Below, one piece after another: positions 27,370 through 38,965 of a DNA stretch of 64,000 nt. Within the stretch, counting starts at the first letter, position 1. Each line of letters opens with the position of its first letter. Source of the stretch: Bispira polyomma (lineage: Eukaryota); contig OZ287751.1 of assembly GCA_965649765.1 (NCBI GenBank), positions 61,752,001 to 61,816,000 of the forward strand. The letters run 5' to 3'. The notes beneath the pieces are model-generated. The model worked only from the letters and a program-made list of their open reading frames with translations, was not told the origin of the DNA and did not search any database. The translations under genes and the position numbers were made by a program.

Positions 27370-27990
27370 CCCTTTAGAGTGTCTGCTCAATGTTAGATCC
27401 ATAAGGAACAAGTCTGTTGCTTTCCTGGATTTTGTGAAGGATAGTAAAGCTGATCTCATTGATTAACTCACCTACACACATTCATGGCCATATCCCTGAT
27501 GCAGCTGTTAGTTCAAAATTTATAGACGGTTTATCAGATCACCTGGCAATTACCTTCACTGTTGCCATCCCAGGTAAAGAGTCCTGTACTTTCCGACAGG
27601 TCAACTTTCGGAGAATTCAAAAAATAAATATTTCAGACGTTAGGTCAGACATCCTTCGTTCTGATCTAATTAGATGTCCCTACAAAACAGCTAATCTGCT
27701 CAGCCATCAATATTATACTATCCTGCGTAACCTCTTTGACAAGCATATCCCCATAAAGAGGAAGAGCTTACCAAAGCATCAGGAGACTGGATTCATCAAC
27801 AGCAACATTCGTACTGCAAAACATGTCAAACATAACTCTGTGAGTAATCGTAGCAGATACCGTGCTGCGGTTAATCACTACAATTACCTTCTGGAGAGAT
27901 CCAAATGTAGCTACGACTCAACCATTGTTGCTAAAAATCAGGGAAACCCAAACCCATTATGAAAATGTTTAAAAACACCAGTAGCCATCT
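27370..27990 (+). mobile_element. LINE fragment (APE endonuclease/tether region), internally deleted
   Basis: LLNVRSIRNK at ~27384, INSPTHIHGH, GLSDHLAITF, FRRIQKIN. Confidence 0.8.
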
Positions 27991-28084
27991 TCGCTAATAT
28001 CTAATAATAAAGTCTCCCTGCAAAGTATCAATGGACCTGATTGCAGTTAAGCCTTCAGCCTTTTTGCAACACTCAGTCATTGCA

Positions 28085-28440
28085 AGACTGTGTATTTTAC
28101 TGTATTTCAGTTGTTTACGGCCTAATAATTTTATATTTTTAGTCTTTTACTTTTCTTTTACATAGTTAGCATAGGCAATGGCATACATTAAGGCAAGCTT
28201 AAGGAAAACTTTAAGGTAACCTTAAAATTAAATGTGCAAAGGAATGAACAGGTTAAGGATAACATAAAAGTTAAGGCAAACTTAAGGATAAATGTCATGC
28301 CAACAAGTGCATTTGTTAAGGTTACCTTAAGTACACAGGTTAGTAGTGTTTTAATATTTATGTTTGTGTATAAATAAAAACCCAAAATGTGTTGTGTTAC
28401 AAACTTGTTTGCTTCTAATTGACTCCAATCCAAAACATCT
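28085..28440 (+). repeat. Orphan YR-element 3'-terminus-like sequence with AAGGTNACCTT motifs
   Basis: TTAAGGTAACCTTAA and TTAAGGTTACCTTAA, then TAGTAGT, AATAAA and a GT-rich tract, as in E2 repeat B. Confidence 0.5.
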
Positions 28441-29239
28441 TTCAATGGTCACACTTCGACCAACCAACCTTTCCACGGGTGAGAGGCTGAGTTTGGAGGT
28501 CAGAGTAAAGGCTGATGTCTTCGTATGTAATAATATTTTAATCAATTTTATTGTCTTTTATAGTTTTAAACATTACAGCATATTCGTATAGAGAATGCTG
28601 TAATGTTTGTGTTGCCAACGTCTCACATACTAATTTGTCCTTCTATAGTTTTGAGGGTTTTCAGTGTTGCACAGTTGTGTTTAAAGTGAAAATCTTTATT
28701 TATCTTGGTGTACCACTAATACATTTTATATCCGCATTTATATTGTTTGCCTCAGTTTTGCCTCAGACTTGGGAGGTGCCACTGAAAAGAATTGGAAGTA
28801 TAATGGTGTTTGAGGCACGTATCAATTACATCCATGATTACATCCATGATTACATGATGTAGTTAGAGGGTTTTAGTTGTAATTCAATATCCGTTATTCT
28901 GTGATATATCTGTTGTCTGTTTTCTCTTCATCAGTTTTATTTAAATATAATATTAAGGGACCTAGCATATGGCCCGGTTTTTTTGACGTGTGGATTTCAT
29001 GTGATAACAAATACCTTTTTATGTTTTTAACTTTTCCAAAGTTTTAGGTTATTGCAACATAAATCTTTTGTGGAAAATCGATATTAAGGAATCTTCAACC
29101 AGGCCATATTTAGGGCAATATTTAGATCTTTGTGGCTGGACTATTGTCTATTATTTTTTGCGACAACCCAGAATATATATGTGTTACATTGTATTGTATT
29201 ACGACAAAGTCATAAGGAATGATATCACACATGACCACC

Positions 29240-29980
29240 AAACAACCTGGAGTGGCTAATGTCCTGGCCGCACCTTTCCGTTCTAGGACTACGTTTGTGT
29301 CACGTTCTGATTTTTTGAAAGCTAGTATAAACGTTATAGAAGGTAATGGCAAAGTGAGGATCCCCAATGCTTTCGTTCTAGGACGGTGCTTAAGGGATGA
29401 TATTGACCCGGAAACGTCTCCATTTGGTCTGCTGCCATGATTGTTTCAAACTGTTTGAAACAATCATGATAAAGCTCCCGTTTCTCCACGTTTTTCTGTT
29501 CGTCCCGGAACATTTCTGAAAGTAGCATAGATGTATCAGTAAGTAGCTCTACGTAGTAGTAGGTAGCTAGGAAGTCCCAGTAAGTAGTGGTATTCTCCAC
29601 TCGTTGTATTCGTCGTGAAACGTTTCACTAAGCATCATAACGCAGCAGAACGCAACAGTAAGTAGCAGTAAGTAGATCTAAATAGTAGTAGGTAGTGGTA
29701 TCCTACCAGTAAAGTGTTCGATTTTTGCCCCCGCTCCATGTGTATAAGTACCAACATTATCACGAAACGTCACAAAACGTCACAATTGAATACCCCTTTA
29801 TGGAAATGACGTCACTTTGACACAAAACTACCACTTTTTTAGTTTATATTGCTTTGCTACGTAGGGGGACGTTAACATATGACATTTTCCCGCCATTCTC
29901 TCCCGACCAGCCAAGTTCTATTGATAGAGAGTAAACTGGTATAAATGTGGCGAGAACTTAGACAATGTGACTGCCACTCC
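29240..29980. mobile_element. Non-autonomous DNA-element fragments with internal short repeats
   Basis: AGTAG/GTAGC and AAACGTCAC repeats; 29905-29978 matches the end of the 31735-32265 family. Confidence 0.5.
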
Positions 29981-30169
29981 TGATATTTTAATTTTTGGTT
30001 TAGGTTTATGGCATATTTATGCTTAGTATACCATTAGATGCCCTATTTTCTTCGTCACTGCCATGAAGTAGCATGGCTAGTCAGCCGCGGAAATGCTATA
30101 CTTTACTGTATTTCTATTTTCAAAACTACTTGCTTATCACAGTCACTTCTCACCCCAATGCTGCATTTA

Positions 30170-30980
30170 GATAACACCTCCACTCTCCTCGGCGTTTCCC
30201 GCCCTTTCTTATAATCTCACTGATAAGTCAGAAGACAAATCTCTCTTACTCTCCCCAGCGCTTTCACGCCTTTTCTATGATAAGCTCATTATTAAGTCAG
30301 AAATCAAACTAACAACATCAAAAATCTTAAGATATCAGTGGCCAAATTGGAAATTTTGATACATTATCACTAAAAATCCAATTGCCTGCTTAAGTGTTTA
30401 TTATTTTACAAAATTACAACAAGTTTCACACAGAGGATAATATTGTGCATCTTTTAAGTTAATTTGTGTGGATATTACTTAAAAATGGGTTGAGGAAAAA
30501 AGAAAAACTCTATTGAAACAGCCTCATGTACTAGATATGAAATCTTCCACACACAACCAGTAGGAAATCGCTGCAAACGAACCGCAGACACAAGAGATGA
30601 TGATCTTCTCCAGCCTAGCTTTGATAGTGATGATCAAAGCAGTGTTTCTGAAGCAAGTGGTCAAGTTAGCAGTGAAAAATTCTATCGTGAGGCATACTCC
30701 ACACAGCAGAATATGATGGAAACCCTGTTATCTACAGTCTCCAAGCTACAAGAAGACGTTTCAGATTTCAAATTTGAAAAGATGGAGACCAACTGTGTGT
30801 CGCCTCATAACGTCATTTCATTCGACTGTGTATTATTATCATGGAACACCTCCCAGTTGATATGTGGACGGCCACTGAGAAAGCCTGGATATGTGCATTG
30901 TCTACTATTGCCAGTCCCTATCAGTTAAGGTCATGCATAGGTCAAAGGTTGAGGTAAGAAGGAGATGTTTGGAGTATTTG
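30170..30980 (+). pseudogene. gag: Decayed YR-retrotransposon 5' remnant R2 (A-like leader + gag N-terminus 30485-30978)
   Basis: From ATG 30485: MG*GKKK...CTRYEIFHTQPVGNRC (cf. CAKCMGKHARPVGNKC of E2), in frame with coiled-coil-like ORF 30713; upstream duplicated CCCGCCCTTT...GTCAGAA resembles the 3' part of repeat A. Confidence 0.7.
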
Positions 30981-31734
30981 ATTTTGATTGTAAATATGAA
31001 CATCTGTACAAAAAAAAAAAGATTTTATAAAAACATTTGACTGGCATATACCATCACCATAATAATAACAATCGATACATTAGAATAACATAATAAAATA
31101 AAGCACGATAGCATATATACCCCATAAATTTAGGCTAACGTAAAATGTATGTTAGGCATAAATATGCCATAAACCTAAAAACAATTAAAATACCAGTAAT
31201 CTTTATACTTACTAATCTCTGTAATACACCCCGTAATAAGGCGGTGAAGCCCTAGTAAGCTACAATTTGATTGGTAGCCAAATGAATAAACAAATATTTT
31301 TCTTAAGTTCTACCGTAAACCTATAAACAATGATACTTCAGTGACTGACTTGTTATGCGCTTTGACCCAGCAGTGACTTACACAGTAGTATTATATTGAG
31401 TTAAAATTGAAAAGTAACAAAGCATTGATAAGGAAGTACCTAGCTGCCAGGGCAACTTCCAGGCAATTATATGTAAATGGCAGAGATGCAAAAATGTATA
31501 TATATATATCCATACACTACATATTTACTGAAAAAATCCATAGTTTCTAATTGTAGCAAAAAGTTTGGTTAGTTCCTATATGCTATATGCTTAAATTGCA
31601 AGAAAACTGCTTTATATTAGAAACATATGTGCCAAATATTACTTATCTGGGGTGCTCTATGGACTGATATGTGGAGGAATACAAAGTTTTATTTTGGAAG
31701 TATCAATGAAATGAATTACATTAATGTAGCGTTC

Positions 31735-32265
31735 ACATTGTCCACATTGTCGAGACTGTTCGAGTCCCGTTCTAAAAACGTTTGTGAACTGCAATATACT
31801 TCTATCATCTGGGCATAAACTGGGCATAAACCGGTGAGATCGGCAAGAATGGGAGGCAGAGCCAAAAATTTTGAATATATTCAAAACTTCTGTGGATGGT
31901 CGGCTCTGAAAGCACATCTTGGGAGAACTGGGGAAAAGTGACGTAAATGGGGCTTAAACGGGGGTCAAACTGCTCATAACGTGTCTAAACGGGGCTTAAA
32001 CTGCTTAGAACTTGTGTGGTCTGACCAGAACTGTAATAATTTGGTGTAATATAATGAACTGCTTTGATTTGGGAATACATTTGTTATAAACTGGTGAGAT
32101 CTGCTTAAAACTGGGATAAAACGAGGCATAAACGAGGCATGAACTGGGGATGCAAAGATATGCAAATGAACATATTTGTGCCATTCTTTCCCAACGAGCC
32201 AAGTTCTAATGATCGGGAGTAAACTGCTAGAAATGTCGCCAGAACTTGGACAGTGTGACTGCCAC
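31735..32265 (-). mobile_element. Non-autonomous DNA-element family copy (partner of 11543-12075)
   Basis: Reverse-complement similarity to 11543-12075. Confidence 0.75.
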
Positions 32266-32469
32266 GTAAGGTTAAACAAGGAAGCAGTACACACACCTAA
32301 CTAGACACAGGATTAAAGGTGAAAAAACTGAAATATCTGAAGTTGAATTATAAAAAAATAATTAGCATCTGCTGATGTTTTAGACCAAATACAGTTTTGC
32401 ATATTTCCGGCAGCTCCATTTCATCAGAAATAAGTTATTTGATGTTATGTAAACATTTAGTTTTTACAA

Positions 32470-32607
32470 TACAAGGCAACGCCCCAGCGTTGGTGGGTTC
32501 AGTTCGGGGAACCAGACTGTTCGTCACGCCTGGCTGCGTTTCACTATAAAAGGCAGGAAAATTTAAATCTCCCTCCTTTTCGTCAACCGTCAGCAGAAGA
32601 ACAACTT
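32470..32607 (+). repeat. Terminal repeat A1 of E2 (contains TATAAAAG 32545-32552)
   Basis: 138 bp, 5 mismatches to A2 by eye. Confidence 0.95.
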
Positions 32608-32647
32608 TTACAATTTTAGATTTTTAGTGTAATGGACTTCTCTCATA

Positions 32648-33675
32648 ATGCCACGAATTAAGGTTTACAGTTGTGCAAAATGTATGGGGAAACACGCTAG
32701 GCCAGTTGGTAATAAATGTACTCGGGTATTGCATGAAGAGTCTGCTTCCGAGGACGAAATCGAAGGGGCAGCTTCAGAAGCTCCTGATAATCTGGCTGCT
32801 GTTTCTAGTAAAATATTGCTGAAATTAGAAAGCATGGGACAAATGATGGAACGATTAGATAAACGTGTTTTCGTCATGGAGGCGGCTCTGAGCACGGACT
32901 CTACTAAAACTCAGGTCAGTGCGATTCTCGATGTTAGTCCAGTGACTGCTTCGCTTGAAAAGGTCAATACTGTAAGTGATGATAATGTGATTCCTAGCAT
33001 TGAGTTCTTGAAGAAAAATACCTGCATATAGACCCAGGTCGAGCAACGGCTAGTTGAGCTTAAAGAAATTAATGAAAACCCGAAAAGAGGTAAGATCAAG
33101 TCTCAGAGAGGGGGGGGGGGGGTCGACGTGCTTGTCAAGAGGGTAGTCGAATGGCCCCAAATCATGTTCTGTTGGACAATTTTGAGACACGTCCAAGTTA
33201 CGATGACCTGTCCCTCAGCCAGTGGGTCTGTGGCTTTACCAGAATAATTCAAGACGAGCAAAAGCCGGAAATTAAGGAAATCATGTTAGATTACATGGCA
33301 GGTTTAATGGAGGACTCCCAGGATTTTTCGTGGGAGGCAGCCAAAGCCTGCCATGCGGTCGTGTTGACCATAATGGAGATGGACAAACTTCAATGGACGG
33401 AAGTCGATAAATTAGACCGGTTTAGGCGAGCCCACGCCCAGAGACACATCTCTAGTAGTAGCAGTAGCTATAACAATACTCGTAGTGGCAGTAGTAGTAA
33501 CAAGACTGTGGGGATGGGGAAACAGGGCTCGGCTAAATGTAAGTTTTATCAGGAAGGCACATGTAAATTTCCATCTAGCCATAAAAGTGGAAATACATTT
33601 TTCAAACATGTTTGTGAAACTTGTGCTGGAGCACACAAGAGTAATAACTGTAACCGAAAATTGGCAAAAAACTAG
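32648..33675 (+). pseudogene. gag: gag of E2 (premature TAG 33029-33031, frameshift in poly-G ~33110-33122)
   Basis: N-terminal CxxCxxxHxxPVGxxC, core MLDYMAGLMEDSQDFSWEAAKACHAVVL, C-terminal CKFYQEGTC...KHVCETCAGAH. Confidence 0.9.
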
Positions 33676-33701
33676 GAGCCCACTGCAGAAATGCAGTGGG
33701 C
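33666..33701 (+). promoter_or_regulatory. Putative -1 ribosomal frameshift signal (E2)
   Basis: A AAA AAC, 5-nt spacer, perfect stem GCCCACTGCA-GAAA-TGCAGTGGGC. Confidence 0.8.
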
Positions 33702-36077
33702 GACAAAAAAGGTTCTGGTAGATATTTCTACAGGACAGGTTTTAAAAACTTTGAACTATTTGACAAAAATATTGCTTCCAAGATGTGTCAGTATAACAGA
33801 GGTCTACTGAGAAATACTGAGTTATAGTGAAATGGTTAAAAAACCTCGGCAAGGCATTTCTCGGGACGTAAAGCAAATTGACCCTAGTTTTGTGTACAAC
33901 ACAAATGAACAATTTGTTTCTATTGGCAGAAGTCGCACCTTTTATAGAAACAAAAGGAAGCACCCTGTGACCAATCTCGGGCCAGACCCCTGTGGTACCA
34001 CCCCCCACAAGGGCAAAACTAGTGGGGGGAGGAAAAGCACTACTGAGGGCGAGGCTTAGTATAGGTAGAGAAGGGGAGTCAAAAATTGTAGAAAAATTAA
34101 AATGTGTGACCCCAGTCCAGTATCTGTACACAATAGGTTCAAGGTATTAGATTTTTCGGAATTGATCGACTCTGTTGACACAGATAGGGCAATGCAAAAA
34201 AATCACACAGCTACCAAAAATAGTAGCTCGGTGTGACGCAATACTGTTTATACACGTGCTGGTAGCGCGGATAAAGCGAAATCAGTGGATATTGAGGACA
34301 CTGTAGTCGGTGATAAATACTCTTTTGAACTAAAGCAAAAACTCAACAAAAAAGAACTGTTAAACAGGGCAAAAAATAACCCTACATATTGTGAATGGCG
34401 CAGCCAGAATAAAGTCTAGCATGGCTTTACCCCAGTGTCCGGTTTGGGTTGTAGAATCTGGGATAGGCAGGCCAACAATTATAGTTCAGATATTTTACAA
34501 ATGCACAAGGCATTGAGAACTGATGGTAGACAAAATTTTAAGGGCTTGCAGATACCTGTTAAGTCACAATTAAACCCTGAAAAATGGTCGCATTATTTAA
34601 AGTCATATTGGGACTGGCAACTGCCGTTATTAATTAAATATGGTTTTCCCCTCGATGTGATTCGTGAAAACATTAGCCAATCGGATGGCTCCAATCACAG
34701 CTCAGCCAATGACTATCCAGAGCACATAGATCTTTATTTAAAAGAAGAATGTAACCATGGTGCCATATTGGGCCCATTTTCTAGCCCACCAATAGAAAAA
34801 ATGCATTTTTCCCCCATGATGACGCGAAATAAATCCAGCTCAAGTAATAGGCGGGTCATTGTTGACCTTAGCTGGCCAATTGGCGAGTCGGTAAATTCGG
34901 GGGCTTCTTCCAGCAAATATTAGGGTACAAAATTCATACTATCTTATCCTTCAGTTGATAATCTCACTAATGAAGTTCAAAAATTAGGCAGAGGTTCTCA
35001 GATATTCAAGGTCGACATAAGTCGCGCATTCAGGCATGTGCCTATTGATCCAGGCGACGTAGATTTGTTGGGCTTAAAGTGGGATTCCTATTACCTGGAC
35101 AGATCTCTCCCCTTCGGATTTCAGAACGGATCCACTATTTTTCAGAGAATTTTGGACGCGGTTCGAGTTATCATCTTACAGGAGGGGTTTCACATTCATG
35201 CCTACATCGACAATTTTTTATGTGTAGCTCTTCCCAGTAAAATCACTGTTATATATGACAGACTCCAAGCTCTGTTGGGTGAATTAGGTGTTACTGTCAG
35301 TCCTAAAAAATTGGTCCCTCCTGACACAAAGGTAGTATGCCTGGGCGTTTTGATAAACACAGTGGATTTTACCACTTCAATTCCTGGGGAAAAAATGGAC
35401 GAAATCAAAAAACTATGTCAAGTATGGGATCCCTCTTATATGTCTCGAAGTGCATCAAATATGCTCGGGTATACCTTAGCAGAATGCTACAGTTTTTACG
35501 GGATAACCACAGCAAGAAAAAATTCTCAATTACTACCGCCTTTAAGAGAGATCTTAACTGGTTTAGTACATTTATGCAACAATTCAATGGTACTAGCTTC
35601 TTTGCCCACAGACCTATTAATGCCCAGGTGGAACTGGACGCTTGTCTGACTGGCATGGGGGGTATATATGATGGGCAAGTTTATAAGTTAACTGTCCCCC
35701 AAAATATGTCCAAAGATAATATTGCATATTTAGGAATGATTAATATCCTTGTGGTTATTACGTTATGGGCCAATGATTGGCAAGGTAAAAGAGTATTATT
35801 TAAATGCGACAATCAAGCCGTCGTCAGCGTTCTGACCAGTGGTCGCACCCAGGACCCGGTGTTGGCTACATACACTAGGAATATTTACATGTGGGCCAGC
35901 CGGTTCGACATAGATATTAAAGTCATTCACATTCTTGGTGTTAAAAATAAGGTGGCTGACCTCCTATCCAGGTGGGATAAGATGAAAAATAATGTGCAGT
36001 TGTTGCATGAATGGGTAGGCCCTGTAAAATGGCTTCTGGCGGATGAAGCATTGTTGCAAGTAGATACTGATATTTAA
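33672..36077 (+). pseudogene. pol: pol (linker + RT + RNase H) of E2, several stops and frameshifts
   Basis: YWDWQLPLLIKYGFPLD, RRVIVDLSWP, FKVDISRAFRH, LPFG, YIDN, DACLTG, CDNQAVV, ADLLSRW. Confidence 0.93.
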
Positions 36078-36102
36078 TGGAATTTTTATGTTTTATCTTC
36101 AG

Positions 36103-37088
36103 GAAGCAATCCCATTGAGAACTTGCTGACAAGTCAGGCCTGCAAGAGGATGCACACTGCTCTAGCTGCCTCTACCTCTGCTGCCTACGACAGCATGTTC
36201 AGGCTCTTCCTAGCTTTCAGCATTTTTATGGCTTGGCCAGCCTCTCAGGTGAATGTGTTCCATATTCTTACTTTTCTAGAATTTTTAAGCTATAACAGTG
36301 TGTCTTCCTCCCAAGTGGCTAATTACTTGTCGGCTTTAAAAGCTAAATGTATTCTTTTTCATATGGATATTCAGGCTTTTTCTGACCCTAGGATTTCCTA
36401 CTACACTAGGGCTCTTCTGGTTAATAGACCTCTTCAGGTCAAGTTAAAAAGTGTCTTTGACATTCCTCTCATGCTAAATTTAGTACAAAAATGTGAAGCC
36501 ACCTGCATGGGTCTTATTTTTAAAGCTATGTATGTAACACATTTTTTCAGTTTCCTTCGTTTATCTAATTTGTGCCCCCACTCTAGGGCGGCTTTTTCAC
36601 CCCTTAAGCATCTGGCCAGGGGGGACGTTTTATTTAAACCTGGATATGTTATTCATTTGGTTAAATGGACCAAGACTTTGCAAACTAATGATGCTGTGAG
36701 GCTCTTATCTTTACCAGTCCTTCCCTCTTCGGAATTGTGCCCAGTGAGGGCCTTAAAAGCAGTACTGGCTGTGTCTCCCCCTGGCAAGAATGCCCCTATA
36801 TTTCAGTATAAAATGAATAATTCCTGGGTTCCAATGACGGATAATCGGGTAAGACGCCACCATAAAAATGTCCTGGCTTTGATGGGTATGCAGCATTCAA
36901 ATCTGACTTTCCATGCTTTCCGGCGTTTAGGGGCCACGTTCGCGTTTAATAATAATGTTCGTCTCCAGGACATTCAGCGACATGGCACCTGGACGTCAGA
37001 TTGCATGTGGCGATATATCACCGATTCTGCTCAAGTAGGTACTCAGGTGGCTGATTCTTTTGCTATGGCCCTACGAACTACCTCCTAG
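36103..37088 (+). CDS. Tyrosine recombinase of E2 (open frame; probably a spliced second exon)
   Basis: FLRLSN, KWTKT, CPV, FHAFRR, HGTW..D..WRY catalytic set; TTTTATCTTCAG acceptor ends at 36102. Confidence 0.93.
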
Positions 37089-37103
37089 GAAAATTTGGGT
37101 TTG

Positions 37104-37622
37104 GTGGTTTGGGACATTTCTTCTCACCTCAAACTTTAAAAGTTTATCTGTGAAATAATAAAGAATATCAAAGGTCAATAAATAAATAAAGAATCACAGT
37201 ACTTGGGGCATAAGGTCACCTTATTTTGGGGAGTACATTATGTACTCTTACACATCACTTAGTAAAAATTCTAAATTCTAATCTTTATTCAAAATCTTAA
37301 ATGCATCGACTTTAATTCAAATTTTTCAATTCTTAAACTGAACTTTTTAAATTCAAGTTAGGGTCACCTCTTTCCTTTTCGAAATTATGGTCACCTTAAC
37401 TCCAGTTTAAGAATTTAATTTATGGTAACCTTACTTTCTTAACTTATACTCACTTTAGGGTTACCCCAACTTATCTTAACTTAAGGTCACCTTATGCCCC
37501 TTCATTAACTGTATATAGTAGTTGTCTAACATGCTAGTATACTAATAAACTTGTGAACCACAGTCTTTTTCTTGTATTATAATTTTAAATCTCATAGTTT
37601 CTGCTATGGTTTCTGGGAACTG
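37104..37622 (+). repeat. Repeat B1 of E2
   Basis: ~519 bp, near-identical to 38448-38965; abuts A2. Confidence 0.95.
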
Positions 37623-37760
37623 TACAAGGCAACGCCCTAGCGTTGGTGGGTTCAGTTCGGGGTACCAGACTGTTCGTCACACCTGGCTGCGTTTCACTAT
37701 AAAAGGCATGAAAATTTAAATCTCCCTCCTTTTCGTCAACCATCAGCAGAAGAACAACTT
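37623..37760 (+). repeat. Repeat A2 of E2 (TATAAAAG 37698-37705)
   Basis: Copy of 32470-32607. Confidence 0.95.
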
Positions 37761-38447
37761 CAAAATACCCACCCCCTTCTGCCCTGTTTAATTTTTGGTG
37801 TATTAGTTTCAGATGCTCACAATATCAGTCACGGAGCAGCAGTGATCCTGTCATGCCCTGTTGTGCTAGTATAAGCCGCAGGCTCGTTCGGACCTTGTGT
37901 CTGGGCTCATCACCACAGTACTCCCGGTCGGGTGCAAGATGCGATGTATGGTTTAACATTCTAGACTCCTTGTTCTTGGGGCTATGACAAACTTTAGACA
38001 GCTTGTGACCTGGAGACTTCTGCTGTGGTGTATTATGTGAATGCCTGGATCCTGCTGTTGTGTTAAAATGTTTAATTTAGTAATTAATTATTTCCTCCAA
38101 CTGTATAATGTTATTAAGGGGTTGTATTGCTCAACCATGTAAGACTGTTGCGGTAGAGCTAGAGAGGGGAAATTCTGAGTTTAATAAACTTTACAAGATG
38201 GCTGCCTTACCATCTACCCGGGTTGGTTACCATAGACTGAAAGACTTGTGGTGGAATAAAAGTTATTAAAATATTCCGTTATACCACTCTAACCATGACA
38301 AGTTCTGCCTGTTGGCCGCTGTTCTTTTCCTTTTGCTGATGGTTCGACATAAAACTGTATTATTAATGTTTCTTTTAAATTTCTTTCAAACTTTTTACAT
38401 TTTTACATCGAATTTACACAAGTTATATGTTTTATTTACTGTGATAT

Positions 38448-38965
38448 GTGGTTTGGGACATTTGTTCTCACCTCAAACTTTAAAAGTTTATCTGTGAAAT
38501 AATAAAGAATACCAAAGGTCAATAAATAAATAAAGAATCACAGTACTTGGGGCATAAGGTCACCTTATTTTGGGGAGTACATTATGTACTCTTAAACATC
38601 ATTTAGCAAAATTCTAAATTCTAATCTTTATTCAAAATCTTAAATGCATCGACTTTAATTCAAATTTTTCAATTTTTAAACTGAACTTTTTAAATTCAAG
38701 TTAGGGTCACCTCTTTCCTTTTCAAAATTATGGTCACCTTAACTCCAGTTTAAGAATTTAATTTATGGTAACCTTACTTTCTTAACTTATACTCACTTTA
38801 GGGTTACCCCAACTTATCTTAACTTCAGGTCACCTTATGCCCCTTCATTAACTGTATATAGTAGTTGTCTAACATGCTAGTTTACTAATAAACTTGTGAA
38901 CCGCAGTCTTTTTCCTGTATTATAATTTTAAATCTCATAGTTTCTGCTCTGGTTCCTGGGAACTG
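38448..38965 (+). repeat. Repeat B2 of E2 (3' terminus)
   Basis: Copy of 37104-37622. Confidence 0.95.

Larger units (their letters stand above)
32470..38965 (+). mobile_element. Full-length Ngaro-type YR retrotransposon E2 with split direct repeats (A1-ORFs-B1-A2-spacer-B2)
   Basis: A1 32470-32607 = A2 37623-37760; B1 37104-37622 = B2 38448-38965; gag, RT/RH and YR ORFs; no methyltransferase; no TSD seen. Confidence 0.96.

Noticed and set aside
36245-36256. Second donor-like AG|GTGA inside YR in E2, E3 and E5
   Set aside because: Explained by conserved Gln/Lys-Val codons; absent in E1; no matching acceptor established
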